Source of the DNA: Guillardia theta CCMP2712
Lineage: Eukaryota; Protista; Cryptophyta
Assembly: GCF_000315625.1 (NCBI RefSeq)
Contig: NW_005434591.1
Location: forward strand, 183,895-247,894
Direction: 5' to 3'
Length of the DNA: 64,000 nt
The first letter of the stretch is position 1; the number at the start of each line of letters is the position of its first letter. The notes beneath the pieces are model-generated. The model was not told the origin of the DNA. It saw only the letters and a list, made by a program, of their open reading frames with translations, and ran no database searches. Both the position numbers and the translations under genes were made by a program. Shown here piece by piece: positions 51,327 to 64,000 of the stretch.

Positions 51327-51417
51327 AGACACAGTCAGTTGCTCATCACATCTCTCAGACACAGTCAGTTGCTCATCACATCTCTCAGACACAGTCAGTT
51401 GCTCATCACATCTCTCA
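51327..51417. repeat. 30-bp tandem repeat x3
   Basis: agacacagtcagttgctcatcacatctctc occurs three times. Confidence 0.95.
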
Positions 51418-53078
51418 CGCATCTCTTCCTCGTCATGCTCACTCTCCCTCCTCCTGCATCCTCATGCCTCATCGCTGCCACTCCATGTCCACAATGAGTG
51501 ATCCCTGGCGGCAGTCAAGGGAGGAGGCCCTGCCTCATCCTGCGGACGCTGGTCATCCTGCCCTAGAGGCACCTTGATCATTGTGCTTGCAAAGTATCCT
51601 GGATGAAAAGAATGTATCTTCTCTTCTTCTACCATCGTCTTCGAGCCCTCGCCTCCCCTCGCAGCATGTTCTCTCTCCTCCGTCCTATTGTTTTTGCAAA
51701 TGTCCTTGTTAAAATCTCGAGTCGCTTTCAAACTTCTTGATCCTGTGCTTGTTCTCCTATCACAACTTAACTCGGCCTCTCTCTCCTTGCTCTCGCCTTA
51801 TCATGATGTTAGTGACCAACTCACGTGTTGAAACCTTGACCTCAGGGGCTCCCCAACATATCTTTACATTCGTTCCTCACGCTCTCTGAGCTGATAGTAT
51901 CCTGATCCCTCCTGCTGCTATCAGGCTTCTTCTCGCACTCATTCTTTCCCGGCATGACAAGATTGGAACTGCTTCCTTTGGCAGCAGTTCAGCGCTTAGC
52001 GGCCATGACGCGGCTTGGCCAGGCATGATTTGACCGTTTTGAAGCCTCTCATCAGTTCAAGTCTGAACCTTTCCCGGGCACTAAGAACAATCAACAAAAC
52101 ATGAACTTTTGGAGGGCCCGGGCCCGGGGGGGGGGGCTGGCCCGGCGGGGCCGGGGACCTACCCGGCGCGGCTGCTGCCGGCACTCAGTGACTGTAGGCA
52201 CTGCACGAGTCGCAAACGATAATCGATGATCCGATGATCCGTTCAAGCAATCTGGTCCTCTCAAGTTCAACGGTTTCGGCCGCGTGACAGTGACGGCCGC
52301 GGATGCCCGGCCCTGCGGCGGGTCCGACTGCCCCGGCGGCTCAGGCCCGGGCCGAAACCGCCAGCCTGTCACGACCCTTAGTCAAGTTGAATTTATTTCC
52401 CTTCGCTCTGAGATAATTGAAATGTTCGAAGCAAATTTGGTAGTTGCACTTTTGAATGGAAAATTACAAATATTGCACAGGTAATATTTGAAAATAACAA
52501 ATAAGATTTCAAAGTACACAGGATGTCTCTTGACCCTTCGCTTTTCGGAGACCCAACACGGGTCGTTGCCGGAGAATAGAATGCTCCTTATAGTACCGGT
52601 ACTGCCTCGAATGAGATGTGGTAAAAATGGTACGTAGGGTGGTACATGGGAGAGGGGTAGGGTGCGGGTGGGCTGGCTGTTCAAAAAGCTAGGGGGGTTG
52701 ACGAAGAGACACCAGCGACAGGTCAGCCATGCCGGAGGGTTGTGTGGATGTTCCAGCGGTCATGCACGTTGGAAGGATCAAAGGAGATGTTGCATAATGA
52801 ACAATGAGAAGAGAGAATAGGAAGAATGTTGAGACATGTATATGGATCTGAAATGATGAAATGACAAGACGATGCATGCAAGGAAAGCCAGAGGTGATAT
52901 CAAGGGGATCATTAGTAGAATTGGTAGGGCGAAAGATGATGAGTTTACTTGTCTTGAAAGTCACTGAATATTTCTTGTCTTGCTGTAATTTGTCTTCTAT
53001 TTCGATCATTGTATTCAACCGTGATTTGATGTGTACTGTGACCGGCAAAGTGGTCAGAATCTCACATATCTTTTCAGA

Positions 53079-53264
53079 ATGCGCACCATCCTCTACGGAA
53101 AGAAGGCTGCCAACCTCTACACCCAGGCGTTCGTTCAGAACACCCAGGCCCGTGCTCTCTACCAGGAGTCCGAGGACACCTACTACCGTGCCAACGATGC
53201 CGCCTCCTACGATGACTGGCGCCGCGCTCGCCACCAGTGGGACTACTTCTACAACCGCCACTAA
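53079..53264 (+). CDS. Small 61-aa Tyr-rich protein of unknown function
   Basis: MRTILYGKKAANLYTQAF...WDYFYNRH. Codons are strongly C/G-ending (all 8 Tyr are TAC). A splice-acceptor-like ttttcag lies just before the ATG. Confidence 0.55.
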   Translation: MRTILYGKKAANLYTQAFVQNTQARALYQESEDTYYRANDAASYDDWRRARHQWDYFYNRH

Positions 53265-53399
53265 GCGTTGTAGCCTCGCAGCTTCACGGATTCTTTTCAT
53301 GGTGCTCAAGTCGCCGGCAGATTGCCAAATGAGCGTCTAAAGCATTATTTACAGTAAACAGTTGTACACAAAAAATGACGTGATGACATTCAGCCTCAG

Positions 53400-56300
53400 T
53401 CAGCACAACATGCATGAATCCGCCTCTATGTTGATTTCCTGTTCACGACCATCATGTGAAGTGATGATCACCTTCGCCTAGGTGAGATTCAGTACCCACA
53501 CGATAGCCTGGGATCAACTCACATGATTCCTGTTCGCCCACAAGACCTTGCTCGAAGGAGATGCGGCAAGCAGAGATGTCAACTTGCTCACGTCATGCTT
53601 GACGTCAGCGCGGTTGTAGTCCAAGTCAGTCTTGGCTCGCATGGAGGGTTTCTGATTGGACTTCCAACCGATCTGCCGTTCACATCAGTGAGGATCGGAC
53701 GAGCACAGCTCACCATCTCCTCGTAGGGTTGAGACTGCAGCCTTCCTCGAGCCGTCTTCGACCCTGTGGTGTACGGCACTCGTAGAGGGATCACAGACTG
53801 CTCACTCCTGGGTGTCGTTGGCGTCCTGCTCGTGCCCTGCTGCTCTGCATGAGGGCCCGCAGGCCTTGACGTGTGAGCATCTCCCGGGACGAGCCCGAAA
53901 GCCTTGAGACTGGCAGGAGTGTCGCTGCTGGGTCTTCTGCTCTCCCTCGCTGAGTTTGGAGGCTCCGAGGACTCAGCGTCCTTGAGTTGTCGTACCCCCA
54001 GCATGCTTCCCATGCTCCCTGCGCCCTTGACGTCTCGCGCGTTGGCTTCCTCGGTAGCCACCTTGACGGGAAAGTGCAGGCTGCCTAGAAAAGCTCGTCA
54101 AGGGGGTTTGCGAGGGAGGAGCGCCTACTATCGAAGGCCAGGATGGAGGGACTGAGCGACAATGAGGACTTGGAGTGCATGGAAGAGTCCGAGCCGAAGG
54201 TCAAGTCGATGTCAAAAGCCACATCCTCCTGCCCATTCCGAATCTTGTGACCCTGGCACGTCAAAGCAGGAGGGAAGGATACAGGAGCTCACCTTAGCTG
54301 ACTCTTTCGAGGGATGCGCAGAGAGCTCAGACGGTCGCTCGTCGATCGAACTGAGCTCAAGAAAATCTTTTTCCCTCTGGAATCCCTGTGGGAGGTCAGC
54401 AGGTCACCGGCAGGGGTCAGACTATGGCTATCTCACCCTGTTCTGATGCAGCCTCTCTCTGCCTGCTCTGCCAAGACTGCGCGGGAAGAAGGCTCGTGAA
54501 GCAGGCTGAGCATCAAATTACAACCAGAGCCGCAAGAGAATTTAAACGGCGAGCACTTGAAAAACATTCGACGAAGTTGCGTAGCTTTGCGCGGCGGAAA
54601 GTGTTTTTTCCAAGGCATCAACGGCAGAGAATATCCTTTCAATCTTGTTCTGAATCACCAGTACATCAGCATGCTTATCCTGTAGACCATGTTCAATGCT
54701 GCAGCCTCGAGAGAAGACCATGATTTCGAACCTGTTTCATTCTGTTCCAGTGTGAATGAATCTTGGACAGTTTCTCCTGGAACGTCTCCTCATATCTTTG
54801 ATGCAAATCGTCCTGAAGATAAAATCATCTCAACTTGTTTCTTGAGGCGAGCTCAGGTCAGATCGGAATAGCACCAGTGCAACTTGCTTGGACGTTAGCT
54901 TTGATTTCAGGGCATCCACTTCATCCGTCAACCTGACAGAGTCTCAACTCGACTGCATATACAAGTGGGTATCAATTACGCTCTTGTCCTCGCAGCCTTC
55001 GCAGTAAGATTTGAATAGCGATCTTCGTCAGTTCTAGTCGAAAGGACAAGCAAAAGATTCGGTCACCTCTTCGCCGCGATGGTGTGCCTGAGTGAATGTG
55101 TCAGAGCTTGAATCTTGAAAGGTGCATGTTCAGACATTCTTTCTCTCTTCTTCTCTCAACAAATCCTCAAGCTCTTTCTCCCGCTTCAACAGCATGCTCT
55201 TTTCGGTCTGCCATGCGGAAGAGGCGTTCCGAAGCCTCCGAAGCTCGCCTTCGGTTTGTATCAAGTTTTCAAAGGTCTGAATTTCTGCAGTCTTGGCTTT
55301 TGCCAGTTTTGATTCCAAGTCCCGGACTCGAATCTCTAGCTCTTCGTTTCTCTCGTTTGTCGCCCTCAACATGCTTTCGGATTCAGACAGTTGGTGTAGG
55401 AGGTGTTGTCGTGGAACAGGAATCTTTGAGACAGTCCCGAGCTCGTCGGCCGATATCGAAACATTTTCTACAAGGCAACATCATGACACGCTGAATAGAT
55501 GAAGTCTTGAATCCTTTCTCACCTTTTGACTCCCATGAAAAATGAACTCTTGGAGAAAATTCCTCGATAACTTCTTGAGTACGATGTTGACGTCCATCGC
55601 GGGGAGACTCGAAGATTGCTATCAGCAGGTGTGAGCGTCAAGCGACCTGTCATGTCGTTACCATTGCGCTCGTAGGAGATCGATGGAGTGATCCGCCCTC
55701 TAGGAGTATCCAACCGATCACCCTGCTTCTCATCTCACAACGGTGCATGTAAATGATCATCCAACATCGCACCTGGATCACCTGTCGGGGAGATGGCTCC
55801 GGGATGGAGGAAAGCGGACGGGGAGAAGAGTTGGTATAGTTGGAAGAAGGCGAGTATGGGACGGAAGCACCAGAAGCTCTGGAAACCAGATGATGACTTG
55901 TATCTGTGCTAGGTGGAGCCATGTCATTCCCCCCTGAGCGATTTGGAGCGAGGTCTCTCCTGGGAGCAAGGCTCCGTTTCTTGCTGTCGCTCATGCTGGG
56001 AGATGCCCTGCTCTTTTCCTGGCTCAACTCCCATTGTCGCAGCATTTCCTCCCGTTCTCTGATGCGCTCCTCTCGTTCTCTCAGCTTTTCTTCTCGAACC
56101 ATGTCGTCCTTCGTCAAAGGCTGCTGGGACTTGTTTGCCCTCTCCTCTGATTTCCTTGCCGAAGACCTCGGAGCCTCACTGCTCATGGCGGCACTCTTGT
56201 GCTCATGTTCTTCTCCTCCTCTTCTGTTCTTGCTGAGAGGTTTCCCCTCCCCTCTCTGCACATCACCCTGGTTTGCCTCCCGCGCAGCCTTGGACTCATC

Positions 56301-56468
56301 GGTTGCTCTACTCCTATCCAGCTTCTGTTTGCTGTCAGCTCTCGGCTCAGGTTTTCTATCATGCACAGGGCTACTCTCAGCGCGATCCTCTCCTCTCCTC
56401 TCCCTCTCCTCCTTGCTTCGCTTCGGCTTTGTTCGGCGCCATTCCTCTTCTGCCCAGCGCGACAGCAT
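53400..56468 (-). CDS. Hypothetical Ser/Arg-rich coiled-coil protein, multi-exon
   Basis: A chain of minus ORFs (55650-56468, 55130-55372, 53588-54061) with coiled-coil heptads. No family recognised. Confidence 0.45.
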
Positions 56469-56584
56469 TTTGAACCGGCCTACCTCCGCTCCCTCCGGGA
56501 TTGACCCCTACCCCCCCCTACAGGCATTTACAGAGTGCCCAAGCGTATTTTCACTTCATGCAAGTTGCTACGAGTGCACAAGAC

Positions 56585-56663
56585 GGGAGGGAGGGAGGGA
56601 GGGAGGGAGGGAGGGAGGGAGGGAGGGAGGGAGGGAGGGAGGGAGGGAGGGAGGGAGGGAGGG
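56585..56663. repeat. (GGGA)n microsatellite
   Basis: Directly visible. Confidence 0.95.
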
Positions 56664-56848
56664 ATATGGAGGAGGTTACAGCGTAAAAGGGATGGTACCT
56701 GTACCTTTTACTCGGCCATCTACACACGTGAGCCAGGCATCACTCAGTGGGCAGAGAGAAGTCCTGAGTGATGGAGCTGTGAACATGCAACGATGGATAC
56801 CACTGGTGATCCAACATAACTTTACATCAAGGCATACTGGTAATTTGT

Positions 56849-59577
56849 CTAGACTGTACAATACCACGCGTCGCCCTGTTTCCCGGAAGCGCTAGATCTC
56901 TTAGACGAGCAAGCAGCACAACGTTCCTGGTGAACGGACATGGCGAGTCGAAACGACAGCAACCATGAGTAACAGTCTTGGAGGGTCTCACAGACAAAGC
57001 TGTAAGAGCGTCTCGACGTCCAGATGCTGAATTCTCTCGTCTTCATCTTCTCCCAGCCGAGGTTGTCAACCAAGATGTTCGTACCGGAAGATTCGATTGC
57101 AAGGATGCTGCACAACTTGAGATGTACCTCCGTGACGGCGTCATCATCAGCTGTTCTCGTGTAGACGAACGAGTCGTGATTGATCGAGCACTTGCGCAGC
57201 TGCAGAACGCCCAGAAGTCTTCTAGCTCTCTTCAAGAGGATACCTTCATGCACAGGGGCAGCCTCAGCGATGGACTTGTTGACTTCTGTCTGCTGGGACG
57301 TCAAACTTGATCCTTGAACCGAGTCAATCGAGTCGTTTGTGTCGTCGCAGCCGTCGTCACTTTGCTTGCATTTGACGAGGTTCTTATCGTCGGCCTCTAC
57401 GTCTGCCGTCTTGCAAGTGTCGCTCGTCTCCTTCAGCAGCGAGTGATCCCACGAGCTCAGCAACTTCGATAGATCCGGTTTGAATAAATTGCGGCCGCTT
57501 GATCGCCTGAATCTGTTGGGCTCGTCCGAGACAAGCTTCGGTTCCTCAGGACACTGCTTGTTTTCTCCGACTGAAACCCTATCCCCGTCGGATATAGACG
57601 AAGATTCGGAAGTGCTCAAAGCCGCTGAACTCGTACAGACTAGGGGCAGGTCGACTTTGTTGCTCATTTCAAGGTCGCTGTCCTCGGTCATGAGGTCGGG
57701 ATCCTTGCAAGGGAGCTGCCGTCCTTCCTCTCGCGGGGTCTGCGACATCCAAGGCCTGCCCGCGCATCCTCTCGGGCTTGTTAAGAGCAAGGGAGACTGC
57801 AGCGGCAACCTGACGAAAGGTCGCTCAAGCGACGTCTGACTGCTGCTCGACCTTGAGCCTTTCAAGCTGAGGAAGGAGGATTTCCTCTCCGAGCGTATCA
57901 AGTCAAACTCCCAATCCTCTGAGCGCAGGCTCATGCTCGGCTTGCTTGGATTTTGAACACGCTGTGAAAATCAGTGCGAGTCATGTCATGCAAATCACTA
58001 CAGCAACATTACCAGTTTCGATTCCACGCTGAACAACCGATCTTCCATTGTATACAGCATCGAATTCAAATGGTTGAATCTTGCGTCCACTTGGGAGAAC
58101 TGTTTCGCTAGTCACAAGCAGCCCCATCAACAGGAAAGTCCAATCACCTCCTCGACTGAAGCCTCTGCATGCTTTTCTGGGTCTTCGTCCTTCAACACCT
58201 GCCCAGTCTCAGTCAGACACTTTGCATCGAAGTTTGTGTTGGGAGCAACATGATCATTCTCTGAACTTGTCTTGCTCCCTGAACGATCAGTCCAGCTGAG
58301 CTGCTGCTGAGTATGATTGTGCATCAAGTAGTCATAATCCGACACCACGAAGAGACATTCGTGAGAAGACTCAACGCTGATGTTATCGCTGATACTCGCG
58401 TTGTCACTGTGCACAGCGCTGCCTCCATTCTTCAGCAGAAAATTGTTTTCGATGAGGAATTTCTCACACTTGGAACACAAGTGACTGTTTTCACAAATGT
58501 TTGGAACTGCTCTCAATTTCACTGTTCGTGCGAAGGAGACAAAGCGCAAGGTCGAGAGGGATTCTTCAAAATTATCTTTCGAAGGGGAAATGTGTCCAAT
58601 AATAGATATGAAAGAATTTCGACTGAGAGAGTCTTTGAGAAGGAAGGTCAATTTTGAGGATCGGTATGGTACATGATTGCTGCTCTCTGCCAAAGAGGTG
58701 ATCACTTTCCCGAGGTTCAACAAGGATTTGTTGATGTGGTTTGCTTCATTCAGGCCATAGTTGTTGTTGAAACCTGTGATGGGGATCAGATGGAGAGGAT
58801 GGTCGACATGGGGGCACCTGTCACTTTGCCTCGCTCACTGCCTGCAAGGTCTACGAGGGTCAAACGAGAGTAGTTTCTTCTCAGGTACATATGCTTGTCC
58901 TCCTCGATGCAGATGTGAAAGAATATGACGAGATGTGAACGACTGGACCTTGAGTTCACATTGTTAGAGTCACTATGCCTCAGTCGGAATGCCCGTCGAA
59001 TCAGCTTCTTCGCATGCTCGTATGCTGACAAAGCGACTTCGTTAGCTCCTTCCACTACCACTCCCTTGTCGGGACTTTCCGAGACGCTGAGTGCGACATT
59101 TCTGTTTGTCAAGTCATACACCTTCTCGTTGTAGACTTCCAGAAAAGAAGCAGACACGAGAACTCGCTTTGACGCGTTCTCGCTAGAAGAGGCTTGTTCG
59201 AACACGTTTTTGATCACTCGCAAGCAAAGGCCATCTTCGCACGATGCCTCCCCTGGTTTGCCGACCATAGTGTAAGTCTTTCCGCTTGCAGTGGGTCCAT
59301 AGGCGAGGATTGTGGCATTCATTCCCGTGAGAGCTTTCTCACTTACTTCCTTGCCGGTCTGTTCAAACACATCGATCTGAGACGCTTCTTCCGACAAGAC
59401 TCCGTCGAATTCAAAGGCAACGCTGACATGCCTTTCGTCCTCAGCATGCGACATGCATTCATCTGAAAGGGATAACGAGATGCTCCTGCGGGAATCAATC
59501 TTGATGCTGTAGAAAGTATCCTCCTCCAGTGACACTCTTGGACGGACTCTGATGAAGACTCGCGCTCTGTTTTCCAT
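56849..59577 (-). CDS. N-terminal kinesin motor protein, probably with a C-terminal PH domain; multi-exon
   Basis: Motor: VFIRVRP, FEFDGV, AYGPTASGKTYTM, SFLEVYNEKVYDL, NSRSSRSH, LVDLAGSER, HINKSL, HVPYRSSKLTFLLKDSL. PH-like: HEGILLKR...RSYSFVCETLQDCYSWLLSF. Confidence 0.85.
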
Positions 59578-61627
59578 GGTGGACTAATTCCAATGAGCTT
59601 GATTCAAACAGACGCGAGGTTGCTCTCCATCATCATCATCTCTTCGAGAATCATCACACAGAAGCCCTGTCGCTAATACGTCTCAAGTTGCTGATTCTGC
59701 ATGTTGCCTCAGTCCAAACCAAGTCTAATCCCTGAATGCCTATCTTAGGACAAAAACTCAGTCAGGTGAAACGCTTCGAGACACATAAACACAAGCTCTT
59801 TCAGACAGTGACAAACATCTGTTCCATAGCTGAGTCTTCAACGACTTCACAAGCATCTCATCTCACTTCTCTTGTTCCCTTCACCCCTCACGTGTGGTTC
59901 AAATCTAAGCGGTAGATGCGGATGCACTCGACTACACGAGGAAGGAAGGAGACGTCAACTGGTTGGACTCATTCGACAGACAGCTGTTGTATCCGTTGCC
60001 GCATGACTTGTCGCCACGTTCAACGGTTTCATCTCCTCCCTCTCGCACCATGCCGCTTCTGTTACCTACCGCTCTTTTTCGTGCACTTCATGCCTCATGG
60101 AAGTGTATACCCCCCCAGAGAGACAAGGGGCGTCAACCCCCATGGATATGAGATAATCACTCACCCACTCCTCACCATTTATTACCAGAATCTTAATATC
60201 TTTTGATGGTTTGTATACATAATTTAGCTTAACTTTAATACTGAAATGGTTCACCATTCCTTGACATGGCCAAGACTACTTGCATAGGCCCCCCACTTTG
60301 GTGTCCACAAATGGACGTTTGAGCCAGGGACGCATATTCAAAATGTATCAAAAATACATGAAATCGTGATATGAGAATTTGAATTTTTTTCCATGCATGT
60401 TGCAGCCACCGGCCTGGCTCCGTCTGAATTCAGAGCAAATTTAAGTAAAACTTCAGTACCAATTCTACGCAATTCACTGGCTTCCGGGGCCATAAGACCT
60501 CTAGTGCACAGCGGCAGCCTCTAGTGTTTCTCTCCGTTTATGCCCCGGCCGGGGCCGGGCCGGGTCTACCGCCCGGGGGGGACCGTACCGAGGCGGTGCC
60601 AGTGGTGCTGGGGACAACTGAAATGGTTGTCGGGAGAGGAATGGGCAGCAATGGGGTCATAGGAAGAGAGGAGGAATGAAGGTTGAGAAAGTAGTGAGGA
60701 AACAGGGAAGATACCTTGAAACTAGCATTTGAGATTGATGGCTCGATGTATTGGAGAAGAAGTAGCAGACTATTGCAGATTGCCTAGTTCCCATTGACAC
60801 TAGAGGATCATATTGTTGGGGTTGAAATGATACAGTCCACTCATTGTATCTGTGATAGTTTGAGTATCAACCACATCAATTTGATCGCAACAAGAGTATC
60901 TCCTTGCACCGCGGGACAAGCTCATGAGCCGACAAGGCGTACAAGAGTCGGTCAACTTCTTGCCTCGCATCCCCAAGACACCAAGAAAAGGAAAGTCAAG
61001 CGAAGATGACTCGAAGGACAAGCTGAATGATCCTGTATCAACAGGTCTTCTTGTTGTCTTCAAATTATTCTTGTGTTTTCTTACAGCGTGCAAGGCCTCG
61101 TCAGGGTGAAACAGTGCGGGTTGTGCGGCCTGGAGTTTGAAGAGCACAATCTTCCCGGAATAGTTTCGTTTCAAGCGATTGCAAACTTGCGGAAGAAGTG
61201 AGTTATTTTTGCCTCCCTCCCATTATGTTGAGACATGGTCTTGATGCATGGATTTAATCTCCATGTTTTGCATTGGTGGAAAGGTTGTGAGTTTGGAGTG
61301 CAGATGGGGAGCTGGTATACCATCGACAGACGCAAGGCTTCGATCGGCATCGGCGCGGTAATTGACTTGAATGTGTGGAGGACATGTGACGATTTGCTTG
61401 CTTTGCTCAGCTACTCTTCTGTCAAACTCTGTGCCTTCTGTTATCAGTTTTTTTATGACACAGAGGAGGCGTGAGAAGGGAGGTCCGGGTTAACAGCTTT
61501 CATTACGAGATTCAATCAAAGCTGAACGAAACGAATCAAACCGATAATATCAGGGTTGTACGAGGCATTCTCTTCCGTATACAACTACACCACGCTTTCA
61601 CTCGTTTGGACAGTTCTCTCCACAGTT

Positions 61628-62674
61628 TCACCAAATCCCACTCTTGGCATTCTTGTCTTGCCTTGCGTTAAAATCAGCCCAGTTCTTCTCAACCCCTTCT
61701 TCTGTATTCCATGGAGGATTATCGCCAGTGATCTTCTTCCGATGAAAGACAATCTCGCACTGTTTGAAGAATTGTCGTCCTCGCTCGTCTATCAGCGATA
61801 GTCTGATCTGGTACTTGACGTTCACCTTCGGATGCTTCAGGGTTGGCCCGATCCCAACCCCAGCCAGAGGCCACCTGACAGGCACGCTTTCTCCTCTCCC
61901 TGGCGTCCCGTCCATAATCTCCATCTTGCTCACTGGCTCAGAAAAGACCAGACGTGGACTGTAACGATCTCGCGGCTCAACCGTCTCGACTTTGATGAGG
62001 ATGGTTTCCATGGCGATGATGTTGAGACGCACGATCTGGAACTGAATGCACCCTGTCAAGATGGAGTCCAGCGCGTAGTGCGAGTGCGCGTACATGAAGG
62101 AGATGTGAATGCAGTCCTGTACCCCCACGTCCATCTTGATGGGAGGGTTGTTGTCATCGGTGGGTATCTTGTCGCTCAGGAGCTGCACAGCGAAGTCCTG
62201 CTCGTGCATGATATCGCCCCTGAAGCCACGTCTGATCACGATCCGCAGGAAGTATCGGATGTAACCGAAGTGACCATAGTAAGAGTCGTAGGGCTTCTGC
62301 ACGGCACCGAAGTTGAAATCGAACTTGTGCTCCCCGGGCTCCAGGCGACCGAGGGGGGCAACATCCCTGGACAAGAAGAGGAATTGATCCTTCTCGATGT
62401 AATCGAACTCTGGGTTTTCAATAATCTCTGATCGTCCGATGAGCTCCAAAGATATCCCTTCGTGATCAAGGTACCTTCCTTCCTTTACCGAAATCAAGAG
62501 ATTGCCGGCAACCTCCTCGCTCTCTCCCATGACAGGGCAGGTTAATTCGTTGTTCTCATAGTTCACGTTGACAAACTCTCTCTGCTCTTGATCCTTCAGC
62601 TTGATGTCCAAAGTCCAGGACGATTCGAGCACACCTTGCACGAATGAGCTGACCTGATTGGCAAAAGCCAACAT
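61628..62674 (-). CDS. VPS26: Retromer subunit VPS26, intronless
   Basis: HEGISLELIG, FDFNFGAVQKPYDSYYG..IRYFLR, PIKMDVGVQDCIHISF, MEIMDGTPGRGESVPVR, LSLIDERGRQFFKQCEI. Confidence 0.93.
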   Translation of the reverse strand: MLAFANQVSSFVQGVLESSWTLDIKLKDQEQREFVNVNYENNELTCPVMGESEEVAGNLLISVKEGRYLDHEGISLELIGRSEIIENPEFDYIEKDQFLFLSRDVAPLGRLEPGEHKFDFNFGAVQKPYDSYYGHFGYIRYFLRIVIRRGFRGDIMHEQDFAVQLLSDKIPTDDNNPPIKMDVGVQDCIHISFMYAHSHYALDSILTGCIQFQIVRLNIIAMETILIKVETVEPRDRYSPRLVFSEPVSKMEIMDGTPGRGESVPVRWPLAGVGIGPTLKHPKVNVKYQIRLSLIDERGRQFFKQCEIVFHRKKITGDNPPWNTEEGVEKNWADFNARQDKNAKSGIW

Positions 62675-63168
62675 GACGGCGAGGAGACAGAGGTCGAACA
62701 GTCAGAAGTGATGCTCTTCAAGGCCCTCTCTGCTCTGTCGCGATGTCAATGTATGACTGTGTAGTGGTTGCTTGCCCTTCACGCTCTTGCTCCTCCTCCT
62801 GCCTCCTCCTCCGACCCTCTCATGCTCGCATCTTCATCCTGTGACGAAGCGCAGGGAACTTGAAAGGGGGGTGGTCGTTATGACGGGGTCATAAATGGTG
62901 GGGTGGGGTTGTGGACTTGTATAGATAATCTGGAAGGAATTGAGTAATTTATGAGGGGTGGGGGTCAGGTATGTTGTTGAAATGAATGGCAGGGGTGGGG
63001 TGGGGTAGATCGGCATTGGACGATTCCAGGATCATGCCGTACATTTTATTAGGAGGAAGTGAGAGCAGGAGGAAGGGCAGGGAGAGTAAGGGAGTAAGGG
63101 GAGAACCAGGAGGTTGATGATGACGACATGGAGGAGGACGATGATTAGGATGTGAACGATGATATGGA

Positions 63169-63203
<35 letters not shown>

Positions 63204-63511
63204 TGGAGAGGGTGGAGGAAGAACTTGGAGGGCGAGGAGAAGTAAAGACAACCAAAGCTCCTAGGGATTTCGAGGCGACAAGAAAAAGAGAGATGAAGTT
63301 TAGGGTTTAGCCAAAGGTAGAAGCGAAGCTTGCATGATGTACTCTCCCATGAAGAAAAACTGTGTTCCATAGTTGCCAGAATGGAAGAGCGTTGAAGGAT
63401 TTCAGCAGATGAAAATCTTTACGATGATAAGGAGTCGTTTGAGATATTGCTGTGAGAATAGAGAGATACACGAAAGATGCTTCATGCTGCTCCTGACCTT
63501 GTGTTGTTCAG

Positions 63512-64000
63512 ATGGAGCTGGATGAGTTCTGCCAGGATGACTTCGACGTCAAGCGCTGGGTCAACGAGCAAGTACGCTCCAGCACCGCCCTTGCAGAGGC
63601 CGCAGGGCACGTGAAAGGGTCGAATGTAGATGATCACCTGGCAACCCTCGTGGTGAAGCTTCAGCTGCTGAGCCAGTCGACGAACAAGTCCATAGATGAC
63701 TCGGCTGTCAAGCTTCTCTCAGAGCTACCCAAGGTTGAGGACCTGACTTGTCAAGCCTCGCACCTGACTTGCCTCCTCCAGGCCATGATAGATATACAGC
63801 GAGTGGGGAGCGATGCCGAGCTGCTGGCACATCAGATGGCACAGGTGAGGTCTGCGCCCTCGTCTGCTGGGGTTGACGCTTGCTGTCAAGGTGCTCGACA
63901 AGGTGTCGGAGGTCGAGAGGAGCGGGCAGCAGACAGTCGCGGCCTTGGCTACCTTGGATGCGATCAAGACGAGGATGGAGGTGAGGGCATGAAGGAGGTG
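63512..64000 (+). CDS. COG7: Conserved oligomeric Golgi complex subunit 7, 5' exons; runs off the right edge
   Basis: MELDEFCQDDFDVKRWVNE...DDHLATLVVKLQLLSQ...LPK|AMIDIQRV...|...LATLDAIKTRME is the characteristic COG7 N-terminus. Confidence 0.85.
   Translation, partial: MELDEFCQDDFDVKRWVNEQVRSSTALAEAAGHVKGSNVDDHLATLVVKLQLLSQSTNKSIDDSAVKLLSELPKVEDLTCQASHLTCLLQAMIDIQRVGSDAELLAHQMAQVRSAPSSAGVDACCQGARQGVGGREERAADSRGLGYLGCDQDEDGGEGMKEV

Noticed and set aside
51327-51417. CRISPR-like 30-bp repeats or a coding TQSVAHHISQ repeat
   Set aside because: A plain tandem triplication with no spacers. The ORF has no other coding support.
52380-52560. AT-rich patch as a MITE (also 60200-60480)
   Set aside because: No terminal inverted repeats or target-site duplication could be found.
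60794-61474. Possible gene between the kinesin and VPS26
   Set aside because: Only short ORFs with no recognisable motif or consistent splice model.

Overview
Eukaryotic nuclear DNA with many short GT-AG introns, microsatellite-filled introns and three N gaps. A bipartite plastid presequence on ChlH and the overall style suggest a secondary-plastid alga, probably a cryptophyte such as Guillardia (inference). Recognisable genes are chlH (ChlH2/BchH-like type, truncated by the window edge), MSH5, spermidine synthase, a Zn2Cys6 transcription factor, a kinesin-PH protein, VPS26 and COG7. There are also a TPR protein, a two-domain glycosyltransferase, a secreted fibronectin-type-II protein and several PDZ proteins. 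The main finds are four. (1) A 2.3-kb DNA transposon (41905-44214) with 15-bp TIRs and an exact 9-bp TSD, carrying a truncated P-element-like transposase. (2) Immediately downstream, an intronless Crinkler-type NTPase+nuclease gene with degenerate catalytic motifs. (3) A spliced gene with the catalytic signature of herpesvirus-tegument-like (VTD/C76) deubiquitinases. (4) A Spartin/senescence-domain protein ending in a syntrophin-like PH domain split by a PDZ. All family assignments come from motif recognition by eye, and multi-exon gene ends are approximate.
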